The notes under the pieces are model-generated. The model did not search any database and was not told the DNA's origin. It worked only from the letters and a program-made list of their open reading frames with translations. A DNA stretch of 30,381 nt, from positions 1-30,381 of the IMG/VR virus record IMGVR_UViG_3300014208_000103; one strand, 5' to 3'. The stretch is from a virus (Duplodnaviria; Caudoviricetes). The position numbers were made by a program, and so were the translations under genes. Shown here piece by piece: positions 17,972-25,727 of this stretch (position 1 is its first letter; the number at the start of each line of letters is the position of its first letter).

Positions 17972-20704
17972 CTATGCTGACATTACTGTAAAATCTTTTT
18001 TCTTCTTTTTCCCCTTGCCATACTTGTCGAACTGAATCGGTAAAAGTTTTTGCGCCTTGGTGAATGGATAGGGAATCGCCGTTAGTCCATACCTACTGCT
18101 GTCGCTCGCGTGATCCGGCACGTTGGGATCGTTCCCGCAGCCTTTTATATCCTCGATATTATTTTCATCTGTCTGCAAAGCTATGATTTCATCAACCCAC
18201 GATTCACAATATCCGTCAAAGAAGAAGAACATATTGTTTGCAAAATACTGCTTCATTACCCACCATCCGATTACTCTATCGGTAATGGCTTTTTGTAAGT
18301 AAAGTCCGTTATCCTGGAAGATATTTGCAAAAGTTAAGTCTGAAGGATTAACCGCGTGCAAATCTTTATGAGCAAAAGCATCTGTTCCTGAAGCAATAAT
18401 TGTTGGCATCCGTCCTTTTGTGTAAGGGAACTCTTTAATGAGCTTGTAAATCGCTTTCGCATGGCTTTCCGGGTCTTTCCTGCGGACGTAATAAACAAAG
18501 AGCAAATAAACTTTCTTTTCGAAATCTCTCGCAAATAGACAAAAAGCACATGGTGAACTCCATCCAGGATCAAGGGAACCGTACAACTCCCATTCATCGG
18601 GGATATCAAAGGGTTTGATTTTGCTCTGCCTTGTATCAAACATATCAAAGAAATCTCCACCAAAAGCATCCCAATCGTTATGGAGCAAAGCGCCTTCCAT
18701 TTTCTTCCCCAACTGCATGATGTTCGCCGCATAACCGGGATCGCTTTCCATCAAAATTCTATTCTCAAATAAAAATCCTGGAATGAACGTTCTCGATTTC
18801 GAATTGACAAAACTTGGGTGTGAAGCTGTCACTCTGATGCCTTGTGGGTTATCGTCGGGATCGTTTACGTTTGGATCTGAAATAAAGAAATAAGTCTTTC
18901 CGGGTTGAAGTACGCTCCGACCATGTTTGATAAATCTCTTTTTAACCCATATAAGACCTTCACCAGTGGGGTTGGTGGTGGAACGCATACGTTTCCCTAC
19001 ACTTACGCCATTATTCATCACCACGCCTCTTAAACGTGAGAATAAATACAAATACTGTTTGAGTTGGAACTGAGTTAATTCGTCAAATCCAATATACTGA
19101 TAAGCCGCGCCTTGATGCGCTTCAACATCGCCCAGCTCTTCTAAGTGGCATAAATAAATCTTTGAACCTGAAGGGAAGGTGAAACTCGAACCAGGTTCGC
19201 CTTTTCTCTGTAATACGAACTTCGCTCCCAACGATAAGTAATATTCCTTACATTCATCGATTAAGTTTGTTAATCTTGTGGAGGTTCTTCTGAAAAGCAC
19301 AGCTCTGTATTTTGGGTGCATGTACGCTGCCATCCCAAACTCTTCGTACTGATACTGCATCCCTAAAGCGTCAATTACCAAAGCCCATGAGTTATGAGTA
19401 GGGATAAACGATTGAGAAATCAAATACATACCCGAAGGGTTGGCGACCTGAATACATTTCATTGGAACCGGCGGAACCTTCTTAATCGATACCATATAAT
19501 GCTTATCGTTCGTTTTCCGTCTGTGATTAAGGTTTTGTCTTTCCAACTTTCTCTTTAACTGGAAAGCCGGGAAATCTGGATTGAAACTTATTTGATAATG
19601 AAGTTTCTTTTTAACTCCATAAAGTTTCGCCTGTTTGGTCCTTCGGAAAGTTTTAACTCCAAGAGAACAAATAAGTTCGTTAATATCATCTGCAAGTTTT
19701 TTATTCAACTGTCCGACGGAAGCGCAACCATCTTTATCAATATGCCCATCTGTGTCCATTATCCCCTGCAATAAAGCGATTCTTTGTTCTTTGGATGATC
19801 TAAGATATTTCATGGGGATATGTTTGTTCTGCAATAAAGAAAGTTCTTTCAATTTTACTCTAAGACCTTTGAGCCTATATATCCCAAATTCATTTTCTAA
19901 ATCTTGCTTCCTAAATTTTACAGATAATATCACTTCGTTACATCTTAGAAGCATTTCGTTAAAATCTTGGGTAAGCATCCCGACCTGTCCGTCTCTTGAC
20001 ATTCCATCACCCAACCACATTCCAAGAACGTAGGGATCAATTTCTAATTCTTGTTCGGGTAATTCTATCGCCGTTGTTATATCAACGGAAAAATTTGTCC
20101 TACCTCTTACTTTTTGATTTGTGAATAATTCATAGGTTTGCCTTACTTCTCCGGTTGGCAACTCAAGGTATTCATACTCCCTGTTCTGGTTCATAAGAGT
20201 AACGTTTTTTTGTGAACCTTTATTCTTGGGATTTTCTTTTGCCCGACTCTTCCGATTGATTTTTCGTTTCACCCTGTATTCCTCGGAATGTCGTAATTCC
20301 TTTTCCCGATCTTTCAAGTCTTTCGTTTTCCATAAGTGCCTGCCATCGCAAGTGATTTTTTCTCCATTGTCAAAAGTAATTTCAAAAGCATCTGGGTTAA
20401 AATCTATCTCAGATTCCCATATAACTCTCGTCGGTTTTCCGTCATCAGAAAAAACATAATCCCCTGGGTGAATGTCAATCATAGCCTTATTTCCCAAGGG
20501 TGTGGGGATGATGTGATGTACATCACATTCTTTGCCTGGTCCAGCAGCGCCGCCAAATAGCACCTCTGTTTCCGGTCTTGAGAGAAAATCTACCTGCCCT
20601 CCGTCCTGGGGACAAATAACATAATGCTGTACCGTTACTTTTTTCGACTGAAGCATTACTTCGGGATTGTCTAAGACCAAATCAAAGGTGTGCATGCTAC
20701 TCAT
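17972..20704 (-). CDS. terL: Terminase large subunit, intein-containing (530 aa after splicing)
   Basis: Walker A GGAAGPGK|S is split by the intein. Walker B IGFDELTQF, motif STTNPTG, nuclease motifs GSLDPGWSSP and DHASDSSRY. Confidence 0.95.
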   Translation of the reverse strand: MSSMHTFDLVLDNPEVMLQSKKVTVQHYVICPQDGGQVDFLSRPETEVLFGGAAGPGKECDVHHIIPTPLGNKAMIDIHPGDYVFSDDGKPTRVIWESEIDFNPDAFEITFDNGEKITCDGRHLWKTKDLKDREKELRHSEEYRVKRKINRKSRAKENPKNKGSQKNVTLMNQNREYEYLELPTGEVRQTYELFTNQKVRGRTNFSVDITTAIELPEQELEIDPYVLGMWLGDGMSRDGQVGMLTQDFNEMLLRCNEVILSVKFRKQDLENEFGIYRLKGLRVKLKELSLLQNKHIPMKYLRSSKEQRIALLQGIMDTDGHIDKDGCASVGQLNKKLADDINELICSLGVKTFRRTKQAKLYGVKKKLHYQISFNPDFPAFQLKRKLERQNLNHRRKTNDKHYMVSIKKVPPVPMKCIQVANPSGMYLISQSFIPTHNSWALVIDALGMQYQYEEFGMAAYMHPKYRAVLFRRTSTRLTNLIDECKEYYLSLGAKFVLQRKGEPGSSFTFPSGSKIYLCHLEELGDVEAHQGAAYQYIGFDELTQFQLKQYLYLFSRLRGVVMNNGVSVGKRMRSTTNPTGEGLIWVKKRFIKHGRSVLQPGKTYFFISDPNVNDPDDNPQGIRVTASHPSFVNSKSRTFIPGFLFENRILMESDPGYAANIMQLGKKMEGALLHNDWDAFGGDFFDMFDTRQSKIKPFDIPDEWELYGSLDPGWSSPCAFCLFARDFEKKVYLLFVYYVRRKDPESHAKAIYKLIKEFPYTKGRMPTIIASGTDAFAHKDLHAVNPSDLTFANIFQDNGLYLQKAITDRVIGWWVMKQYFANNMFFFFDGYCESWVDEIIALQTDENNIEDIKGCGNDPNVPDHASDSSRYGLTAIPYPFTKAQKLLPIQFDKYGKGKKKKKDFTVMSA
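19391..20530 (-). mobile_element. Intein (380 aa) with a LAGLIDADG homing endonuclease, class 3 type
   Basis: Block A ECDVHHIIPTPLG, block B ITCDGRHLW, LAGLIDADG motifs YVLGMWLGDG and LLQGIMDTDG, block F VPMKCIQV, block G FIPTHN|S. Confidence 0.92.
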
Positions 20705-20835
20705 TTAATCTCCGCCAAAAACTTATCAATGCAATCCTGGAAAAACTGCTTCAAGGTTATTCCCCGCTTCGTCAACTCTCCCTTGAATAAATTCCATTTC
20801 TTGATCTCGGTGCTGATGTTATAAATTACGTACAT
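20701..20835 (-). CDS. Small ribbon-helix-helix-like DNA-binding protein (44 aa)
   Basis: MYVIYNISTEIKKWNLFKGELTKRGITLKQFFQDCIDKFLAEIK. ATG immediately after the upstream stop, and its stop overlaps the terL ATG. Confidence 0.55.
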   Translation of the reverse strand: MYVIYNISTEIKKWNLFKGELTKRGITLKQFFQDCIDKFLAEIK

Positions 20836-20836
20836 A

Positions 20837-21106
20837 TTAATCCTCAACTCTTTCATAAGTCTTTTCAAAAATGTCGGGTTTACATGGACAAAATTCTCCA
20901 TTAACTCCTTTAATTATCCAATCGCCAAAACTTGCGTGCATCCAACCATCCAACGTTCTTATCTGTAAACCAAACTCGTCTTTTAAAACTATACTGTTTT
21001 GTGCGGGGTGCATCCCTGCATGCGCCCATTCGATAATCTTTAACTCCGTGTAAGATTTTAATTGTATTGCCTCAACCACTATCGGTTTCTTTCTAAACTT
21101 GCTCAT
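20837..21106 (-). CDS. Widespread small phage protein (KKPxVVEAIQ...GDWII.GV.GE..PCKPDIF..TYE family)
   Basis: Recognisable conserved motif. AAGGAG RBS. Confidence 0.8.
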   Translation of the reverse strand: MSKFRKKPIVVEAIQLKSYTELKIIEWAHAGMHPAQNSIVLKDEFGLQIRTLDGWMHASFGDWIIKGVNGEFCPCKPDIFEKTYERVED

Positions 21107-21130
21107 AAATACTCCTTTTTGTTGCCTACT

Positions 21131-21159
21131 AACATAACTAATCCTACCTTAATAGTCAA
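21131..21159 (-). promoter_or_regulatory. Sigma70-type promoter upstream of the terL cluster
   Basis: TTGACT-17 bp-TATGTT on the minus strand. Confidence 0.6.
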
Positions 21160-21160
21160 G

Positions 21161-21640
21161 TCATCTTTTAAGAATATCTTTAATTTGTTTCTCAAGTGAA
21201 GCAACTCTCTTTACCTCGGTGGATTTTGTCCGCTGTTTTGTGTCAAATAGCAATTCAGAGTACTCCCGTCTCAACATCTCAAGCCGATGCAGGTTCGCTT
21301 TTGAGAAGTAATAAGGATTGGCAAAATATGTCGCGGGTGAAGTTCTCTGCATTAACCCATCGTTACACATTCTCCCTGCCGCAATCTTAAGAGCGTTTTT
21401 TGAAATCTTGTAATTGTTACTCAAGATCACAAGTTTCGGCAAGTCCAATACTACCCGGTTCAATCCATCCATTTGTCCTAAGATCACCTGCATAGTCCCT
21501 GTCAAACTGATGTTCGCTTTCCCCAACGCAGAGTAAAATGTCAAATAATAATGATAGTGTTTTTTCTTCGGAATATAGTCCGAATCGTCGATTATTTCTC
21601 CATCTTCTTTGTTGTAAATCTGTCGCCTTAACTCACTCAT
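21161..21640 (-). CDS. RepL-like winged-helix replication/maintenance protein
   Basis: N-terminal NKEDGEI, wHTH region ISKNALKIAAGRMCNDGLMQR, wing TYFANPYY. AAGGAG RBS. Confidence 0.6.
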   Translation of the reverse strand: MSELRRQIYNKEDGEIIDDSDYIPKKKHYHYYLTFYSALGKANISLTGTMQVILGQMDGLNRVVLDLPKLVILSNNYKISKNALKIAAGRMCNDGLMQRTSPATYFANPYYFSKANLHRLEMLRREYSELLFDTKQRTKSTEVKRVASLEKQIKDILKR

Positions 21641-21667
21641 TTTTATCTCCTTTCTTGTTACTCAGAG

Positions 21668-21725
21668 GTGTCTGGAATGACCCCAAAAGTGTCTGGAATG
21701 ACACTAAAAGTTTCACTTTAGACAC
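21668..21725. repeat. Three 21-bp-periodic iteron-like boxes GTGTC-N6-GACAC
   Basis: GTGTCTGGAATGACCC (21668), GTGTCTGGAATGACAC (21689), GTTTCACTTTAGACAC (21710), each followed by an A-tract. Confidence 0.75.
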
Positions 21726-22240
21726 CTCAAAAATACGACTTTCGCCCTACTATACCAATACTCAAAACAACTTTTCCGCACTTTTCTTCTGTTAATACTG
21801 TTACACTCATTTTCACGGTGTAATTCCATACAGTTTTGGGAAAAATTTCCGCCCAAACTCATGTATAAATTCACCTACTTTTTCATCAACTATCACTACC
21901 GGATATTTTAACTCCCGTATAACTACTCTGTGAGAAACGTCACAAGGTGTAATCCTATGGAGGTTTGTATGATATAGGACGGGGGTATTATTTACGCCCC
22001 ACGAAGTACCGGTACTTGGGGGGACATGGGGGGTGGGGTCTGTTTTTCTCCGGCTTGACATTTCCCGGCGGCATCTTCCTCCGCCATCCCGGACGTGTTG
22101 CGCGCGCGTTGTACTGCTGTAGATCGCACAATCTAATCTCTTTTGCATCGTTATTATATGGGAACGGTTCATTCTTACTCTATGCTTAGCTGTATATTAT
22201 AATGACTTAGCGCAATCGCTTGCGTTATTCTCACGGTAAC

Positions 22241-22951
22241 TCACTTGCCTTGCCTCTCCTTTAAATAACTCTCGATTAATCGTTTAACATCCTCTTCCTC
22301 GAAACTTGGCGCGGCAATTGTGTTTTTAAAGGCGGGGATGACAAACGTCTTAATAATCACAAGGTTGTCCTGGTTGAGGTTCTTGCGATTATCCATTATG
22401 CCGGTTATCTTCGCAATCAGTTCGGTGGCTTTTGCGGCCGCCATACCGTTAAAGTTATATTTTCCAGTCGGTTTGCCGTGTTTATCCAAGACCTCAACCT
22501 GTTGCATCGACCGGACATATATTTCGTTCAGTTTGTTAAGCATTGAATTTTCGCTTATTTCGTACTTTTCCTGGCGTTTGTTATGGATATAGTCTAAGTA
22601 TTTCTGAATATTAGGAGTTTTTAGCAATTTGCTCCCTGAGACGAAGGCTGCTTTTTCACTGCTTTCGGGATAAATTAGTGAATAACTTTTAACGAGGTTT
22701 AATGATTTGATAAACTGTTCGGCAAAAGCTTTATGCTGTGGCTTCATTTTCCGACAAAGTTCTTTAAATTCTTTTTCCGTTTGTTTTTTTTCAGCTGGTG
22801 CTTGGATTGTCAGTGCGGAATTTTCGGGAATTTGTTCCGGGCTCGGGTCCGGCGTTTCGGCAAGTTCAGCTCGTTTCAGGTCGGATTTTTTTGGCTTGAG
22901 ACTTTTCTCGATGCTTTTTACGATATCTTCAGGGCTTTGTGAACGTGGCAT
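22241..22951 (-). CDS. terS: Terminase small subunit
   Basis: HKAFAEQFIKSLNLVKSYSLIY...GSKLLKTPNIQKYL...AAAKATELIAKITG is the Terminase_2 pattern. Confidence 0.85.
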   Translation of the reverse strand: MPRSQSPEDIVKSIEKSLKPKKSDLKRAELAETPDPSPEQIPENSALTIQAPAEKKQTEKEFKELCRKMKPQHKAFAEQFIKSLNLVKSYSLIYPESSEKAAFVSGSKLLKTPNIQKYLDYIHNKRQEKYEISENSMLNKLNEIYVRSMQQVEVLDKHGKPTGKYNFNGMAAAKATELIAKITGIMDNRKNLNQDNLVIIKTFVIPAFKNTIAAPSFEEEDVKRLIESYLKERQGK

Positions 22952-23041
22952 TATATGACATCCTTATAAATATTTTGCTAATATAAGATAAGTGGGGGAG
23001 ATTTCAAAAAACGGCTTCATTTGGGAATGATTTATCTAAAC

Positions 23042-23275
23042 TTAATTCATTTGGTTTGATTTCCGATTTAACACCTCTGTTATGCCATCCCATGCTTCTT
23101 GGGGGAATCTATTATGCCAAACACCACCACCATCGTGAGGGGTACACTCAGCGCAAAGTGCTTCTCCGTTCCTTACGTTATCAAAGTATTTTTCATTATG
23201 TTCCTTTGTCCAGTACGTCCCACCACAAGCGGTATTATCAACACAACCACATCTATCACAAACAAATAGTGGCAT
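23042..23275 (-). CDS. Small Cys-rich (zinc-binding) phage protein
   Basis: CDRCGCVDNTAC...LCAEC...WHNRF. Confidence 0.7.
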   Translation of the reverse strand: MPLFVCDRCGCVDNTACGGTYWTKEHNEKYFDNVRNGEALCAECTPHDGGGVWHNRFPQEAWDGITEVLNRKSNQMN

Positions 23276-23276
23276 T

Positions 23277-23624
23277 TTATTTCTTCTCCATTAATTCAAA
23301 TGCTTTTTTAACTCCAGCGTTAAATGCTTCTTGGCGGGAAGTCCAACCGCGCGGGGTATAACGTATTTCGTTTATTTCATATACCCAAATCGGTTTGTGT
23401 ACTTTAATCTGTGGACATACCGCGTACCCTTCTCCATCGCAGAAGGAGGTTAATAAACCATTGAGTTCGTAAACCTCAATTATTCTGTTATGTTCATATC
23501 CGCCGATTCTCCAATCCATTATATTGAATCCATCCCAATGGTATACGGGTTTTTCGTTTACATATTCTACAAACTTCTCCCAAGTCTTTTTACTTAGTTG
23601 CAGCTGGGTTAATAATTCTTTCAT
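23277..23624 (-). CDS. Hypothetical phage protein
   Basis: 115 aa, AAGGAG RBS, packed operon context. Confidence 0.65.
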   Translation of the reverse strand: MKELLTQLQLSKKTWEKFVEYVNEKPVYHWDGFNIMDWRIGGYEHNRIIEVYELNGLLTSFCDGEGYAVCPQIKVHKPIWVYEINEIRYTPRGWTSRQEAFNAGVKKAFELMEKK

Positions 23625-23797
23625 TGTTTCTCCTTAAATTTTAATAAATTATAAATTGCATAACAAAAAGTTGCCAAACTGAATCTTGTGAAAAATTTAT
23701 CGTTGTTATTTTGAAAGGCATAAACAAAAGCAGAAATAGTCCATTGCAAAGCCCACCATAAAAACAAATAAACCGCAAACTTCTTTTCGTCTTTCAT
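23621..23797 (-). CDS. Small two-TM membrane protein (58 aa), not in the ORF track
   Basis: MKDEKKFAVYLFLWWALQWTISAFVYAFQNNNDKFFTRFSLATFCYAIYNLLKFKEKQ. ATGA overlaps at both ends. Confidence 0.6.
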   Translation of the reverse strand: MKDEKKFAVYLFLWWALQWTISAFVYAFQNNNDKFFTRFSLATFCYAIYNLLKFKEKQ

Positions 23798-24111
23798 TCT
23801 CCACCATCCTTATCGGTGGCAAGTTTCTGTTTATCTTGCAAATACTTGATACACTCTTGAAAACCAGCTACAAAAAACGCTTGTTCTCTTGGCGTTAAAT
23901 CTTTTGACAAACTTACCGCTATTACACCAGCCTCTTCTACACCAGGCAATTCCGTTTGTTCTTCCGCATACTCTTTGGCTATGGTTAGTACGTGTTCTAC
24001 TGGCACAACCTTTTCCCAACGGCGGCAGTCTTTTGCTTTTGTGTGCCACCTTAACGCTTTTTTGTCTAACTCGGTTAAGGTGTTCTTCTCGATTCTTTCT
24101 TCTATACTCAT
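23794..24111 (-). CDS. Hypothetical phage protein
   Basis: 105 aa, AGGAG RBS, operon context. Confidence 0.65.
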   Translation of the reverse strand: MSIEERIEKNTLTELDKKALRWHTKAKDCRRWEKVVPVEHVLTIAKEYAEEQTELPGVEEAGVIAVSLSKDLTPREQAFFVAGFQECIKYLQDKQKLATDKDGGE

Positions 24112-24112
24112 T

Positions 24113-24226
24113 TTATCTCCTAATTTGTTTCGTTAGAGAAACTTTTCTAAAAAGTCCACCTCTGATTCTTAACGCCAAAGTCTCTTTCCCTTCGCTAAAT
24201 CTAATTGTTATCGTAACTTGCTTCAT
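24113..24226 (-). CDS. Possible 37-aa basic peptide
   Basis: MKQVTITIRFSEGKETLALRIRGGLFRKVSLTKQIRR. Stop abuts the next start. No clear RBS. Confidence 0.3.
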   Translation of the reverse strand: MKQVTITIRFSEGKETLALRIRGGLFRKVSLTKQIRR

Positions 24227-24240
24227 TTTCAAAATATTTA

Positions 24241-24264
24241 CTGCGGGTTAGTTGGTAGTTAGGC
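24241..24264 (-). repeat. Core site / truncated attC-like half-site at the left end of cassette 1
   Basis: Plus strand GTTAGGC at 24258-24264. Minus strand reads GCCTAAC-TACCA-ACTAACCC-GCAG, with no partner arm found. Confidence 0.5.
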
Positions 24265-24651
24265 GGACAAATTTTCCGGTGAAAATACTGCTACCCAAGT
24301 AGGGTAATAATCATCGCTATTGTCCGTTCCTACCTCAAATACTGTTTTACCATTCGCTATATTTATCAATTCAAGTGTATCATTCTTACCGTAAGTGTCA
24401 TCTGCTTTCATCCTTGACAAAACTCTTACCGGCGTAAAAATGTTTTTGACTTGGGTGATACCTTCTTTGATTTCTTTCATTGAAGATCGGTAGCCATCGT
24501 CTGGGTCTTCAACTGCTGTATAAACTTGGCCATCTAAAACAAAGTTTACGCATTGGCAATCTTCAAAATTATCTCCCCAAGTTTTTATTTTGTCGTTTTC
24601 AAAATCAATTCCTGAAAACATTTTTTCGCCTATCAAATCCTGTAATTCCAT
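24259..24651 (-). CDS. Conserved phage hypothetical protein, cargo of attC-like cassette 1
   Basis: 130 aa, VEDPDDGYRSSM...VGTDNSDDYYP. GAGGAG RBS. Stop TAA lies within the GCCTAAC core. Confidence 0.75.
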   Translation of the reverse strand: MELQDLIGEKMFSGIDFENDKIKTWGDNFEDCQCVNFVLDGQVYTAVEDPDDGYRSSMKEIKEGITQVKNIFTPVRVLSRMKADDTYGKNDTLELINIANGKTVFEVGTDNSDDYYPTWVAVFSPENLSA

Positions 24652-24676
24652 ATTGCTACTCCTCGTAAAATTTGCC

Positions 24677-24806
24677 GCCTAACTCGCAATTCTACTCCGA
24701 ATTACTTATATCGGCGGCGGTTAATATTTTTTTTATTTAATTAAGTTTCTCATAATTCTAAAAATCTTACAATGTCGTAATCGGGTAAATTGCAACTCTG
24801 TTATAC
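24677..24806 (+). mobile_element. attC-like recombination site A (130 bp)
   Basis: R'' GCCTAAC-5-L'' ATT[C]TACT ... L' GGTAAAT-9-R' GTTATAC. Stem extends with CCGAATTAC / GTAATCGG. Confidence 0.8.
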
Positions 24807-24815
24807 GTGTTTTTG

Positions 24816-24983
24816 TTACCGCTTCTTGCTTTCTGCCGGAATCCAATTTTTATTTTTTGCTGTATCCCTTAACAACACTTTGCCATATTGCGAGGCTGTG
24901 TCAAGTTTGCCTCGCTTTATAGCGTTGTAAATTGTTTGCCGGGAACAGTTCTTCTCGGTTGCAAACTCAATTATTGTTTTCAT
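24816..24983 (-). CDS. Excisionase-like HTH protein (55 aa), cargo of cassette 2
   Basis: MKTIIEFATEKNCSRQTIYNAIKRGKL... Start reassigned to ATG 24983. Confidence 0.7.
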   Translation of the reverse strand: MKTIIEFATEKNCSRQTIYNAIKRGKLDTASQYGKVLLRDTAKNKNWIPAESKKR

Positions 24984-25164
24984 CGTCAACATCTTCCCAT
25001 TGTTTGCTATAACCATTCCAACGATAATTATCACGAGCTTTTTTCTCGCATTCTTTTTTTGTCGGTCCATAATAACTGTAAGAATTGCCATCGGTTACCT
25101 TAACTATCTTGCCAGTTTGATAGCTAATTGTTTTGTTCTGAAATGTTACTGTTAATTTTTTCAT
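24967..25164 (-). CDS. Small hypothetical protein (65 aa), cargo of cassette 2
   Basis: AAGGAG RBS and its own promoter. Confidence 0.65.
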   Translation of the reverse strand: MKKLTVTFQNKTISYQTGKIVKVTDGNSYSYYGPTKKECEKKARDNYRWNGYSKQWEDVDDENNN

Positions 25165-25203
25165 TTTGTAGCTCCTTTAATGTTTGTTTTTAATCTCACA
25201 TCA

Positions 25204-25232
25204 AAGATACAATTTGTTTTACGCAATGTCAA
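25204..25232 (-). promoter_or_regulatory. Promoter inside cassette 2
   Basis: TTGACA-17-TATCTT with an extended TG. TATCTTTG also fits the Bacteroidota TAnnTTTG element. The -35 overlaps the imperfect palindrome TTGAC-N5-GTAAA. Confidence 0.7.
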
Positions 25233-25271
25233 GCATAAAATAAAAATAATTTTACTACGTCGGCAAAAAAC

Positions 25272-25396
25272 GTATAACCAGTTTTTCAAGCAGACCTCAA
25301 ATAGAGGTTGGCTTTACTCAACTGCAATCATCCAAAATTTGTAAGAACTAATTATTCTAAATTCGTTTCAGCTGCTTAAAAACCACACCGTTAAAC
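25272..25396 (+). mobile_element. attC-like recombination site B (125 bp)
   Basis: R'' GTATAAC-5-L'' TTT[C]AAGC(AG) ... (CT)L' GCTTAAA-9-R' GTTAAAC, very close to canonical attC L boxes. Confidence 0.85.
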
Positions 25397-25450
25397 GTAT
25401 TTTTTGCTTTCCTCTTCCAAGAACATAGTTTCTTGTATTGGCGGGTCAGC

Positions 25451-25600
25451 ATGTTGAAGACGTTTCTTTTCAAGTGCCCGAAGTGTAAAAAGATTTCCGA
25501 GCTTATAATCGAATCGGACGAAAAGCCGATTTGCGAGAAGTGCCGCGTTGTTTTACTCAAACTACCGAGCGGATTCTCGTTCTTCCAAAAGCTAACTTAA
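25451..25600 (+). CDS. FmdB-like zinc-ribbon protein (49 aa), not in the ORF track
   Basis: MLKTFLFKCPKCKKISELIIESDEKPICEKCRVVLLKLPSGFSFFQKLT, with CxxC...CxxC. Confidence 0.55.
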   Translation: MLKTFLFKCPKCKKISELIIESDEKPICEKCRVVLLKLPSGFSFFQKLT

Positions 25601-25661
25601 CCCACCACAAAAAACATACCACAAATAAATTAAATTATTTTAACTTCTTTGAAAATAGTTC

Positions 25662-25690
25662 TTGACTTTGAGCCTTATTATGATTATTAT
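25662..25690 (+). promoter_or_regulatory. Promoter of the rightward early operon
   Basis: TTGACT-17-TATTAT with AT-rich upstream sequence. Confidence 0.6.
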
Positions 25691-25727
25691 TACAACAGAG
25701 ATTAAGAATAATTAAAAAGGAAACATC

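Noticed and set aside
20525-20530. Intein starting at Cys60 as a standard class 1 intein
   Set aside because: It would leave GKES and break Walker A. Block A register and the WCT triplet favour Glu59 as residue 1.
21668-21725. Mini CRISPR array
   Set aside because: The 21-bp period leaves no spacers, so iterons/operators fit better.
21813-22189. ORFs 21813-22172 (-) and 21965-22189 (+)
   Set aside because: Atypical composition, no clear RBS and no recognisable motifs. Treated as probably non-coding.
23658-23664. GCATAAC as another attC R'' box
   Set aside because: It lies inside a coding region and has no complementary L'/R' arm.
25357-25560. Minus-strand 67-aa ORF
   Set aside because: Antisense to a better CxxC-CxxC zinc-ribbon ORF and overlaps attC-like site B.
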